Origin: Haliotis rubra
Taxonomy: Eukaryota
Direction: 5' to 3'
Length of the DNA stretch: 64,000 nt
NCBI RefSeq assembly: GCF_003918875.1
Contig: NW_025767360.1
Coordinates: 186,001 to 250,000 of the forward strand
In this document: piece by piece, positions 1 through 12,849 of the stretch
Position numbering within the stretch: position 1 is the first letter of the stretch
How the letters are laid out: each line of letters begins with the position of its first letter
Made by a program: the position numbers and the translations under genes
Notes under the pieces: model-generated
Database searches by the model: none
The model's input: only the letters and a program-made list of their open reading frames with translations
What the model was told of the DNA's origin: nothing

Positions 1-2508
1 AAAATAAGACAATACCAGATGTTGATGAGCAGATGATGAGCAAATCCAAGTCCATTGTTCACATGACAAAGCAAGAGCACAGACGATACAAATAAATAAC
101 ATATTGCATCATTGTTGTCACGGATGATTCACATTTAGTATTGTCAAAACTGACATGTACCAAAGTTGATGTCTTGAAAATTGTAACCTTGATCAAAGAC
201 CATTGGAGCAGGAGTCGAACGACGCTTCTTCAAAGAAAGACCATGTTCGATCATACCTCAAACGTTGTAAACTTTTACTACCAAGGCTGGAGCTGCTGAA
301 ATATTAATATTGCTTGACACGAAAGAGAAGTTGACTGTTAGAAAGTCATCCCATTTATCATACGGTCTAGTGGGAAATTATTACCTAAATGAGTAGTTCA
401 GTTCAGTGCTATACCTGAATCATACGTTCAACATATTTGAGAGTTTACTTTGTCAGTCCCAACATAAATTGTGAATAATATTCATAATATTACCATCAAG
501 AAAAAGTGTGCAGAAGGTTCCACATGGGAGGCATGTGTTTTTACTCAATGCTTTACACCACAATTTTACATAGATTTATCATTAGGGAAGGGCAACATTT
601 TCCAATAATAGAAATCATCTTAAAATACATGACCGATATGTTTGTGGCAGTGTGATGTCACAGTGTCTTGGCACCCAACAGAAGTGCAATTTGCATCATC
701 AGCTGCCAGGTTCCTATGACAGAAAATAAAAATATATGGTGTCCGTGCTGTGGAATGAAACTGTTTCTGGTTCATGAAAATGTGCAATGTCGACGTAATA
801 TCTTTCTGAGAAGATTTAACATTGTACTTATCAGAGATTTCATATGACTGTCGCGTTTGAAATGTTTTGATAAATATGTTTTTAAATATATAGATAGCAC
901 AATCGTCAACGGCTGAAGTGTAAATCCAGCTAGGGTCCATGCAGTGGTCCTCGGTGCGGTAATGTACTTTCAGTTGTTGGCGATCTGTAGCTTGTTTTAT
1001 ATACTGGACAAAATAAGTTAGGGATATTGGTATTTTTATGATTGATATTTCAACAATGTGTCAATGAATAAATACATCATTATTCATAATTTCAAAATTT
1101 ACATATATCCCTAACTATTTTTGTCTAGTATATGTTGTATTGCAAGTGGTTTTAGATTTACATGCTAGTTTTGCTTTTCTGGTTGTTTTAATGAAATACT
1201 GCCGGTGTGAAAAGACTAGTCAGTCACGACGGCCCATTCTTATTGGAACACTAATAAACCTGACTTTGGGTCTCAGTCTGATCTGGGCGATACCGGGACG
1301 AGTGAAGCTTCATTTGCAAACATTATAGTTGACATTTCAAGACATTGTTTAATAAGGTGTGACAGTATCGGGTTTTTATGTGGTTATTAGTAAACAAGGT
1401 GTTCATTAAATCCGCTTTTCTGTTATGATCAGCCAATCAATCATTGAAATTATTAAAGAAATAACCCGGTCAGACCTTGCGAGGATGAGGCTGTGTGATA
1501 ACTCGCCTCGCTTAACAGGCTGCATGAGTTGAATACTCCCCAAGGAGCTGCGTTGGTTAAATCAATGCCAGAAACAAGACATCCGTTGATCAAGGAAACA
1601 TTCCAGCGCTTTGAGCATGTACTAGTTGCGTGGATATGTGCGCTATATAAATATCCTATAATAATAATAATTCAATTATCCTATATGAAGGCCAAAACAA
1701 ATACGCACATAAACAAGATCATAACTTTCAAAATAAAATGTTTACTTAAAGCACTTCGATGGGTTACATAGCAAAGTCTTTTGGCTACTCAGCTTTTGAA
1801 GTATCACTTTATCATCATAAAATTCCACTTCAACTTTCATTTCAAGTGCTGCCGGGATCGCCCTCAAGTCTTCTCATACACACTCACTTAAAATAGTCAA
1901 TACTTTCCGGGGAAGGTATCCAACAATAAACTGTTGCTACATTGTGTAATACTTTCACCTGGTTATTCTCACCGGTGTGTTTATTTCCTTTCAGCTGAAA
2001 CTGGCTTTCTTAATTTATTGCACCATGTCTGTTCACTTCTTCTCAGCAGGGCAAGTTGTACAATGTGCAAACTAACGTCCTGTTAGTGCAGGGCAATTTA
2101 TCGTTGTGTGGCAAACCTCAACAGTGACGCGCAGACAAACACCAGAGTAAGGATAAGAGTTGAGTAGTTCTTGGTGGATATCCTTAAATTTATGATAGGT
2201 GCAAGGTAACAAACAGCATGTTTGAACTCACGACAAAACACAGACATGCATGTATTGAGAATTTTAACGAGACAAGTCTGTACATGGTTGTTGGATACCG
2301 GGCTTTGTTGAAGGAGGTCTGTAAGTAATCTTCGCTCTTGATTTTATTATTTTTTGGGTTGACTGCATTCGTATTTACACATTGCTTACACATTCGAAAA
2401 AAAAATAAACTAAAGACGTGAAGAATTCTTCAGTACATTCTTCTATTTCTATTGTGGCCTTATGTTAGCTCAATGTTGTTGTTGATGGGTTAACTGAATA
2501 GTGTTATG

Positions 2509-2700
2509 ACCCGTGAAGATCCGGGTAAGAATTGTTGTTCAGCTACCCACGCGGGATCGGGTGGTCAGGCTTGATGACATATGTAATCGTGCCCTAACTA
2601 CGTAGATCTCATGCTGTTGATTACTGGATTTTCGGGTTCAGAATCAATTATTTACAAACCGCACAGCTTGAATATTGGAATGCACCGTTAAACAACTTAA
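2509..2700 (+). mobile_element. Same retroposon family, diverged (paralog 33794-33875)
   Basis: acccgtgaagatccgggt..gggatcgggtggtcaggc..gaatattg. Confidence 0.8.
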
Positions 2701-5700
2701 AAAAACATGCACATTGTGTTCACTTATATACATTTACCCATTTAGGTACCATGATTTAACTTTGAATAATTTCATATGGTCAAAATTCTTTTTAAGTACT
2801 AAGTTTTTTTATCTGCCTTCAATTTCAGAAACAATTACTTCTTACTACATATTATTGTCTTTTGGGTTATTTCAATGAGCATGACCAAGTCAATTTCCAT
2901 CATGTATTAGATATCAAGAGAGTTTGCTGTACCTAAGGCCATCGGTCCATATGCTTAGTATCACAATGATACGCAAAGTATGACAATGAGAAGTTAAAAG
3001 CATGATAACAAATAATGTAATTAGTTACCAACACTTAGTCGTTGCTGTTGCCTTTGGTTGTGCTAGAAACAAGGCTTTACCATGGACATATTGGTCCACT
3101 GATACTAAAGCTCTGATGTGTTTCCCAAATTGTCACAAAACAATACTGTGGAATATACGCTTTCATGAAATCGTTATGTGCTTCCGATATTAATAAGCGA
3201 TGACATGTCTTTGATATCCGACATACAAATAGCGCCAAACCTTACATATTCAGCCATTGACTGTTTACGACCAGTGTTAATGTTTCTTGCTTGTAATGTT
3301 TAATATCTCTGAGGCTCAGTAGTGTTTAAGGGACCAATACTCACCAAATCGAGAACCTGAACAAAGGACATTCATCCAATTCTGACGAAACATATCTTTG
3401 ACGAAATATGTTCATAAAATGACTAATTTCCATCACACACACGCCCACCCACACACCCAAACACATACGAACAGAGCAGATACCTTATATTTGATGCCCT
3501 TGTTATAGAACCAAGATTGTCTAGATTGAACAACACGTGTTTCTAGTTTTTGTATTTACCAATATTCAATATTTAATGAATAATTGAAACGACGCCATGA
3601 TACGTATGTTCAGTAACTATTTTCTTTGAACTGCCATCGTGAAAGCATTGTTTTTGATTAACGAGTCGTTCACCCTTTGTTAATTGAACAATATTTGCCT
3701 TATTGGTTCTGTAAACATACCACGGAGTCAGATACTAAGATCTCAGCAAATAGTATATTTAAAATCTCCATATGTCAGGATAGCTCTGAGCACCATGTTT
3801 GACTTTTTATTTTTTTTTCATTTTCTAATTCACTGGTAACGTATGCCCTTGATAGGGTTTTTTTCATTTTCTAATTCACTAAAAGGTACGGCTCAACAAA
3901 CACCTTGTTTAACGGGCATTCAAAATAATCAGTGACATATATTCTATACATGACGTAAACAATTTTGGAGTGACCTCATATGACGTATGACATAATAACA
4001 TTACATGTAAACGCAGATGTGGAAAATATTGTTGGACGTGTAAAATCGTCATTATATTTAACTACTGCTAAACTTGTTATGATGAAGGTTTTGGATAAAC
4101 TATAATGCCGAAAGAATATTTTTTTTGGCTTACACAAAGTAACTTTGTGTTTTGTATATTATATATTAAATTTCCCCTTTCACAGGCGTCAATACACGAC
4201 CTAAGACAACTGGAGCACACGTGTCACAATTGTTTTGCGTATTCATATTATTACAAAGTTACTCGAGTTCGTTTTCAACCCAAATATATGAAGATAGATA
4301 TATCGTTGTTACGAAGTATTAACACTGTCGATTTTGTTAGTTCCTTGTGACCAAGGATCAGTAACTTTTAGTTTTCATAGCATATACAGCACATATTTTT
4401 GTGTATATTTCGAATTTGAGCATGGCAAAATCTATTTTGTGTTGTGAATACTGACTGTTGTGACATAGAGTGACGCTAGATAGTGAGGAGGTTATTCCTA
4501 CGTTACTATCTGAAATATGCTTCTTAATTAATCTTTCAATCCTCTCATATATCTGTGGCAATGATTTGTGTCTTGTATTCTGTTTTTACACTGTCTGTAA
4601 TACATGTACCTTCATAACCTTGCCACTTGTCTCAATATGTTTTCTGTAACTGAGAACGTGCTAAGTAATTCAACATCGGGTAGGTTTATCATATTTAGGA
4701 GGGGACAGACTTGTCCTCTGTTGCATGGCTGTGTTGTAGGATTGCAACTATTACTACTGACCAATACATACTCTAAAATCCTAATCACACGTCTTTTTCA
4801 CCACTTGGTCGATGCTGTTTGCAAACGTTACTTGTGTGATCAATGGTTTAATGTGTGTTGAATTTTTCTTGGAAACCAACCACAGATCATCGCTGTGTAC
4901 AATGAGTATGACATATTCAACAACCGTGACCCTAGAAACTTCTACCTCCAGTGGAGAATAGGTTTTTACGTTCTTAAGATACGTCTCTCTGGGAGTCAGT
5001 TACCACAATAAGGAAATAGCAAGTACTTACATGTTTGTCAAAAGGCAAGTAGAATGGTGGTGTTGAAACTAGACAAAGGCGTCCCAGTAAAGTTTTCGTT
5101 AAAGGATCAATGTTCCCTCTCGAAAACAAATCAAATATGTTGTAACATCATGCAAAATACGTTGATGTGATGCAAAGAGTCCTTTCTGTCTTAGCAGGCA
5201 GCTATGTTGATGTGACTTCCATTTGGTGTAAAACAAAGCAGATATTTGATTATTGAATGGTCATTATTTCAAGGCATTCAATTCGAAATAAACCCCGGGT
5301 ACAATGCTTGTTCCGTTTCTCCTCATGATAATAGGTAATATTATGCATGTTGTTGTTTACTAAAGAAGCAATGTAAAATAAACAATACGATGTTCTATTA
5401 ACTGACCGTTACATGGCTACCCTCGCATGACCAGGTCCTCAGAATCCTAGCTTTGTCAACACACATTTCCTGCTCGTGGAAGTTTTTCAAAGTGGTACAA
5501 ACAGAGGCACATGAGTGATCCCTTTCACTTTCATTCCAAATTAGCAGGTCGTTGTGTATATTTGGACTTCATGGATATATTATCAACTTATTTTGTGAGG
5601 GTCGTCATGAAACATTGCCATTCTGAACTTTATCTATAGCGTGTCTCTCGTGATTGTACCAGGAAAGTACAATCAAGTAACGAGTAAATATAGAAAATTT

Positions 5701-7216
5701 TGATAAACATTAATAGCACTGAAATAACGAGAAATTCCTACCTTTTCACATGTTACCAAAATCACCCCATAAAGTTGCCGCATCACCAGAAACCAATCTG
5801 AAGGATATGATTGTTCTGATTGTTTCATTCTTGCAACTTTATGAGTACAACGATGACGGTATAGTCTCTTCTGACATTTTGAATTTTGTTTTCATTTATA
5901 TGGCAATTGTTGTGTTTTGACATTTCATTTTTCATTTTCATGACAATTGTTATGTTTTGTGAAAGAATTTAAAGAATTTTTTTTGATCAGTGAGTTTAAT
6001 TAGGATGCGATATCCCCATATGTCCTCAATGAACCTTTCTCCATGCGTAGCAAGGCGTGCTTACAGTAAGTTCATAACTTACAAGATACCAGGCGTGACA
6101 GATAACTACAGTTTTGAAGAGTATCAGGAGATTAGAGGTGTCGGACTGGGTTGTTTTATTACCGTTTGTGAATTACCTCGTGCACTGACAATCCCATGGT
6201 GTTTGCAAACTAAGACCTGTTACCTTTTTTCAACGACTATAAATCTTGCTTCCATGCACTAAGGTCTTTAGGAATAGTTCATTTGAAGTGCACCTCAATG
6301 CCAACCAGGCTTGACACTTGATTTCATAAGCTGTGTATGCACAAGCTGATACCACGTATGTCAAAGTCTTTTCCTATTTTAGGACATATAGAAGGTACAT
6401 TGCCTAAACATGTGTTAATTTTATTTCAACAATTTATTCAAAAGAACACGGTGTTGTTACGATAGCGTGTGTCAGTGTTATTTAGATACATAATCAACAT
6501 GAGACAGCTGTTCATCATTTTCCCTGTTTATATCAATCCACTATAATTGAAACACTATTTAGACTATCGATATGTTTGCTGAATTGCTTGCCTCTGATAG
6601 GTATATTTTTACTTGTTAATGTATTGCTTGTATGATTTTGAAGATTTTTTGTCGGGCTAGTGGTCCAGTGACATATGACTTAAAAATGTATATTTGTCTT
6701 CGACTGTAACAAAACACGTGTACATGAATCACTGCCAAAACACCTTTTATCTGTATCAGAGAAAGGTTGAAGTAGCATGGGGTGGAATCTCCAAAACATA
6801 TTATTTTTGTGATCACAAGCCCTCAATCAACAGAGACCAGAGATATCTCATCCCTTCTGCATACAATGAATTGATAAAAACAACAGATTAAAGCACTCCA
6901 GCTATCATTGCTAATTAATCTCATCAGCCATGCATATTTTGTTTCTGCCTCAAGGATCATTGGCTTCCTCCTATTGTCACTACATCATTACCACCGTGCC
7001 TTGTTGTTGTTGTTAATTCTCTTGATTCATACATACATGTTGTTATTACTTAATCCCTCTTGATGTATATAAGTATGTTCTGTGCTGAAGTACTTCACTC
7101 TTGCGTGACCACGGTACACTCACTGTAAGAATCCATACCGAAACGTCGCATCATATAAAATAAAAGAAGTTGTTATCCATAAAGAATCTTACTTTCTGAT
7201 CACTACTAGGACACTT

Positions 7217-7348
7217 ACTGGCCGCTGAACATCGTCGTCGGAGACTGACATGGGCCCGACCTGTACGTCGTTGGCAGCGACGTGACTGGCAGAGGATCGT
7301 CTTCAGTGACGAGAGCAGGTTCGCCTTATTCAAAGCTGATGGAAGACC
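7217..7348 (+). mobile_element. Tc1 transposase fragment
   Basis: LAAEHRRRRLTWARPVRRWQRRDWQRIVFSDESRFALFKADGR; absent from the paralogous site near 40385. Confidence 0.85.
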
Positions 7349-7559
7349 GCCGGAGAGGAGAGACAACAGAGCTAAAACTACTTTTCATTACAATTAATTT
7401 ATATTTATGTTTCTTTCTTTTGGCTGTTAGTATATTTTCAAGTTAAATGGACGTCATTAGGTTTTAAGTAAAAACTTGATAGTACGAATGTATGGTGGCA
7501 GATTTCTTCATCGTAGACATATATGGTAAGATTTGATATATTTATCTTGTTTGATTATA

Positions 7560-7668
7560 TACTCATGCCAATATGTTTACCCACTTCAATTTTTTTTAAT
7601 TGGAGAGTAGGTGTGTGGGGGGTTGGGTTGGGGTGAGGAGGGGCTGACAACCATTATTGGCATGAGTA
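7560..7668. mobile_element. Same MITE (duplicated copy, diverged)
   Basis: TACTCATGCCAAT..ATTGGCATGAGTA. Confidence 0.8.
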
Positions 7669-8403
7669 TATTTGAGACGTTGTCCGTTGGAACAGCAACG
7701 CATCTTTCAGGTTGGGTGTCCAGATTGTGGATGACAAGTGGATGTGACAGCTTTGTCATGCGATTGTGTTTATGGATCCAAATCTACAAATATCGGTACA
7801 AAGATTTGCAATTCTTTTATGGTTTTATCATTTTATGTTCTTGTTGTGGAAAGACATCATAGTCAATTAAGTACATCGTCAGTTTAAATACCATGCAATT
7901 ATGTTACATAACTCACAAAACAGCCCATCTTTCCACGAAAATTCAACAGATATTGTGTTAAAACTTGCATGAGGACAGATGGACAGCCAGCGACAACATA
8001 ACTGACAGCAGGGCAATGGAACCATCTCAGGTATACATAATCATAACACTTGTATTCATAGGAAACCCCAGTTATCCATCTTAACTCCTTTGACATACGT
8101 TGAGTCGTAACTGAATCAACTTATTCTCATTTATTATCTTTGAGATTTGATTTATGTATTTTTAATTTGCATAGTCTTGGTAGTTCATTGCATCTTGACA
8201 ATTTGCAGCTTGCAGTCTCTGTCTGTATTTCGAAGAATATTTGATATGACCTTATTATTGATTGAACGGGCCTTTGATTGTTATTGCACTGCATGTAGCA
8301 ACAAGTTTAGCATAGAATCTCGGTCTATATTTTCAAGTCGCAGCACTTATTTTACCCTCTCGACTGTTGTCAATACACGTTGGTCACTATGACTACGTAA
8401 TGG

Positions 8404-8410
8404 TATATAT
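8404..8410 (+). promoter_or_regulatory. Putative TATA box of EGF gene 1
   Basis: TATATAT about 60 nt upstream of ATG 8466. Same motif and context at 41372-41378 in the paralog. Confidence 0.45.
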
Positions 8411-8465
8411 GGACAAACGCGCAGTAGACATTAAACAGAGGACAAAATTTAAAGCGGTTAAAGAA

Positions 8466-11400
8466 ATGCAGCTATTCAGAGTTCCACTTTTGCTACCTTT
8501 ACTGCGTAAGTTAACAGCTATGAAAAGTTACTCCCGTTTCACTGCGTAACGATAAGTGTAAAGTTAACATTTAAGATTTAAATTATTTAGCAGTAGAAAT
8601 GGTAATTATATATGTTATGTCCGTTTCTGCTTTCTCAGTTTTGTCATGCTGGGCAGTTTTCGATTGCGTTTATGGAACTTGTTCGGGTGACAATCAGTGT
8701 CTTAATGGCGGAAAATGCGACTCAGCCACTTCCAAGTGTGACTGTACCGGTACTGGATATGAGGGTGAAACGTGCCAAACTGGTAAGTCAAAGAAATAAT
8801 TTACTAGTATGAGTAAGAAATCCCCACTCATGTAATTAAAAAAAAATACGTAGGTACAGATAACGATCATATGATGCTGTCACAACAACATTTTGTACCA
8901 GACGACTATCCGGGTAAGATTTCGTCTCCAGCAGCCTATAATTGTAAAATGAAGCCACTAGCGGGATAGGAAGGCTACGCTCGGTGAGATAACTGGTGTA
9001 CATAAATGTATTCCAAACTCATATACTGATGTGAATGATGTCAGTGGTAGGTCTGACTGGTCCCGATTCAAACAGATGGCACATGGAATATTGATGTGTG
9101 GGGTGTTACGATAGAGCGCGCCTGCATTTTTTAGTAACTCAAATACTTCGCAGTGACGTATACGTTTGTCTTCAACTTTACTGGGAAGCAGAAAATCAAA
9201 AATGTTTTTTTCATCACATAAACTTCATTATGAGAAGTAAAATCGTTTCATTTTCGTGTTCATTCTTGGTAGACATTGATGAGTGCACAGAAGGTGATCA
9301 TGACTGTGATACCAACGCCGACTGCACAAACACTGACGGGTCCTTCACCTGCGCGTGCAAGCCTAACTATGCTGGAGATGGAAAGACCTGCATAGGTAAA
9401 TGCATACACGGTTTTGTAAATTGCTGTTATTGTAGCATCTCAAGGTTTGCTTAAATTTTGTGTTCTGTGAAACGAAACTAGGCAACTCCATGTATATGAC
9501 TGAACGACGGGAACGCACATAGAATCAACTAAAAGAGAACTTTTGGATGAGTACAAGAACTGTAATGAGGTCTTTGAATGGCATTTAGAAGTGATCCACA
9601 CAAGGAAGATATATGTTCTCTGCCCCATACCATTCATTCGTCTGATAAAGGAGTAGGGACATACTCTGAAATTGTGTTCCTCATAATAAAGAATTTGACA
9701 TTCTCTTCCTTAAGAATTGTAATGTAGCAAAGGTAATGCCCAGACACAATTACAAAACTTCTTTGAGTGACGTTTAGAGGTTGGTGTGATGAACAAAGAG
9801 AAAATCACTTGCTTGATATCGGTGTTAGTAGCTACACCGAAACGTCGCCAATATTAATATTAAGAACTTGTATTTCCATAGAACTCTCCTTGTTGTACAA
9901 TTACAAACGCTGTAGTAGCTTAGTATCACGTATCAGTAGTTCAGTCACAGAAATTTATTATTAACCATGCACGAGATTGTTAAATGTATTCCCGATGGAA
10001 TAGAGACATAATTTTATGAGAACGAGTGCAGTAATTGTATGATTGTTGCTCTGAGCAAAAAATGGAAAAAGCGCAAAAAGTCAAGTCATTGTAAAATATG
10101 ATGGTCAGTGTGTAAGTACTAAGACTATATGATTTTGTTGCACACGTAAATATATATTGAGTATCAGTGTTATTTGTCAAACCAAACATTCTGTAGAGGT
10201 AAAGTACTTTCGTCCCTGTCATGACATGTTGGGTCCATTAATCTCTGTCGTTCATACAGTTGCTGTGGTGAAGTAAATAATATAGTTGAATATAGACAAG
10301 CTCCTGGTTATTGAATGTGGAAATGGAATATATTCCGATATTGAGTATATGTTTTGAATCCTTTCAAAAAGCATTTGCAATAATAAAATGATTGCACATT
10401 TCTTTTTGTTTTAGCTGGCGTGTGTTCCGCAGATGGCAACGAATGTTTAAATGGTGGAACATGTAATATCCCATCAGACGGGACTGCTAGTACATGTCAA
10501 TGTGCAGATGGATATACTGGTAGCCTTTGTGAAAGAGGTAAGTACTATATATAAATACGTCTTCTATTTTATTCTTAGTAGTAGAAATCATCAATAAAAT
10601 ATTTCATTTGTGTTTTCGTTCGCTATATACTAACAGTGATGTGTAATTTTGTATTGAACTTAACTGAGAAACAATACACTAAAATGCATTTGCTCGTCGC
10701 CATGACATAAACTTCATTGGTAGCCGTAATTTCTTTTCATTTTCGTTTTCATTCTTGGTAGACATTGATGAGTGCGCAACCGATGCTGATGACTGTGATA
10801 CCAACGCCGACTGCACAAACACTGAAGGGTCCTTCACCTGTACATGCAAGCATGGCTACGCTGGAGATGGAAAAACTTGCATAGGTAAATGTATACAGTG
10901 TAAACGTTTTGACGTTGTTGCATGCCAGTTGGATTTGTCTAATGTTGATGCTATATCAAACGAAAGTATCACGCTTCTTGTATAGGAGCATGCAGAGCCA
11001 GCTTCTGAAAAGAAAAATAGAATGGAATCTAGTCACTGTTATAATTCAAACTTAAACATTGTCGAACGTAGATTACAATGAAATTATCATTTCTACCGTT
11101 ACAAATGCACATCGACCAGCAGATCCATTAAAACGTGTGAGCAATTAAATCCACCAAAACTGCAAGTGTACCAACATAGCAACCTATGAATCCATCTTGA
11201 AACTAACCTGATCAACATTGAACGATATAAGATGGTCACAATTCGTTTTTCCTCCTTCTTTAGCGGGTGTGTGTTCTGCGGACGGGGATGAATGCCTCAA
11301 TGGAGGAACATGTGACACAAGCAGCACTCCCACCAAGTGTTCCTGTGCGGATGGTTACACGGGGGACACCTGTCAGAATGGTAAGGAAACATTCTTTTTA

Positions 11401-12119
11401 CATGATACGAATCAAAAATAACTTTTGTGCCGGCAATATTCCATCAGTTCCAATCTTTGTTGTCAACTTGTATCAACTTTTTAGATACAATCGAGCATTT
11501 TCTTGACACGAAGTTGTTTGATCAAAGTTACATTTAGTGCCTCAGTATTAAAGCTTCCAAACATTATCAGGTAGACAGGCATTAAAGCTTTACAACATGT
11601 TAAGGTAGACACGTAGCATTTCCAAATGTAACACACGAGTGATATGAATTAATGCAATTTCGTATATTGATGTGTACATGTTACCGCCTGTATCATGTAG
11701 AACATTGCTCAGTGTTCGAAATAGTCTTAAAATTTTGCTAGCCAGTCGGGCTAGCTATGCCTGAAAGTTACTAGTCCACAAAATAATTCACTAACCCGAA
11801 ATTCGAATGAAGTCGCGGCTTTCATCATTAAACTGATAATATGATGAACATTTTTATTAAGCCTTAGTCTTGCATGATTCATAAGTGTATTCAAGCTTAA
11901 CAGTCGCAGAGAGTCATATATTTACATAGTGCAATAGACTCTGCTTTAACCAGATATTTCTTATGAATGTGAAAAAGATTTTGTTGCTTTGTACGAATTC
12001 CACCACATTCGAATGTTATTATTTGTCCTCATACAATCTCTATTGCAGGTGGAGGTACGGTGACGATTTCCGCTTACCTAATGGGCATGACTGTTCTTAC
12101 TTTCTTCGTCATCCTGTGA
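8466..12119 (+). CDS. Secreted, putatively GPI-anchored 5-EGF protein (EGF-cbEGF-EGF-cbEGF-EGF), 246 aa, 7 exons
   Basis: Exons 8466-8505, 8639-8782, 9273-9395, 10415-10537, 10762-10884, 11264-11380, 12049-12119 sum to 741 nt. All introns are GT-AG, phase 1, and the frame is open. Signal peptide [26 protein letters not shown]. Five 6-Cys EGF modules, two with the DIDEC..CxNxxGSFxC calcium-binding consensus. The C-terminus [25 protein letters not shown] is hydrophobic with no cytoplasmic tail. Confidence 0.85.
8905..9110 (+). mobile_element. Ancient degraded copy of the retroposon in intron 2 of the EGF genes
   Basis: tatccgggtaaga..cagcagcctat..gcgggatagg..ggaatattgatg; orthologous at ~41965-42175 and ~51995-52205. 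Confidence 0.5.
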
Positions 12120-12420
12120 CGAGTTCGTTTTCAGTTTGAAATCCTCATTTAGCATAAATTTGTAATGAATAAGGGATAAGACAATGTCCATTTCTTGGCA
12201 ATTAAGCTGATGTCGTCACCACATTAAACTGTTTTTCGTAGAAATATATATATATTACACAGAATGGAAATTCTGCTATGATTAGAGGTGTTTAGTTAAT
12301 TAAATTGTTCGGTGTTTCTGTATTAGTTTGTAGTGTGTCACTTCGTGTGTATTCTTATCACAAATATATTGATGCCTGTTTGATCACTGACTGTCAGTAA
12401 TTGATACTGATTGATATCAT

Positions 12421-12555
12421 CTCGCTATAGGTAAAAAATAAAAATTCCCCTGTATGCTTTCGACCGCTGATGACATGTTACTGATGACGTGGAGCTGTCT
12501 CCCAGTGACCACTGACAAAGAGTAAATGTTGTCTACTTTTACTTTACAGTGACAA
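12421..12555. promoter_or_regulatory. Conserved non-coding element downstream of EGF-GPI gene (core CTGATGACGTGG)
   Basis: TGATGACATGTTACTGATGACGTGG..CCCAGTGACCACTGAC..GAGTAAATGTT is conserved at 45215-45350 and 54742-54875, and partly at 29670-29710 and 48321-48375. Confidence 0.55.
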
Positions 12556-12849
12556 ACAATTCAAGTTTAAAATAATCTGAAGATATATGATGTATACATT
12601 ATTCCCTGATATTTGTAAATCTTTGCGAATAAACTTCACCTGCAATGTTTTAACTGTCTTTGAGAATTTATTTAATGACGTTTTAGCAGGCGCCTATTGG
12701 AAGTTAGTGACCATTACCACGTATCATATTCAGTGTGTAATACCATACAGCGATGAGAAATTGATATAACTGATTTTATACAAAGTAAATATCAACGCAA
12801 CCGTCAGAAGTTTGAAGCAGAATGACGGTGACACGTATTAGATTTGAGA

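Larger units (their letters stand above)
1..10150 (+). repeat. Segmental duplication block 1, copy A (copy B ~31260-42950)
   Basis: Collinear direct similarity, roughly 90% by eye, with copy-specific insertions and deletions. Confidence 0.9.

Noticed and set aside
5740-5810. DWFLVMRQLYGVILVTCEK as a NERD/Schlafen-like nuclease motif
   Set aside because: Resemblance is superficial and catalytic residues are not evident.
5990-6262. Plus-strand 90-aa ORF open in both duplicates (39310-39582)
   Set aside because: No recognisable domain, GTG start, and broken in the older paralog at ~25.1-25.3 kb. Retention is explained by recent duplication.
12468-12515. Conserved element as a box C/D snoRNA (TGATGA..CTGA..CTGA)
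   Set aside because: Only 48 nt from box C to box D, no terminal stem, not intronic, and the first TGATGA is mutated in the 54.8 kb copy.
12481-12520. Conserved element as a hammerhead ribozyme or SECIS
   Set aside because: CTGATGA and a GTGG/CCAC stem are present, but there is no GAAA after the stem. No in-frame TGA needs recoding, and one tail ends in TAA.
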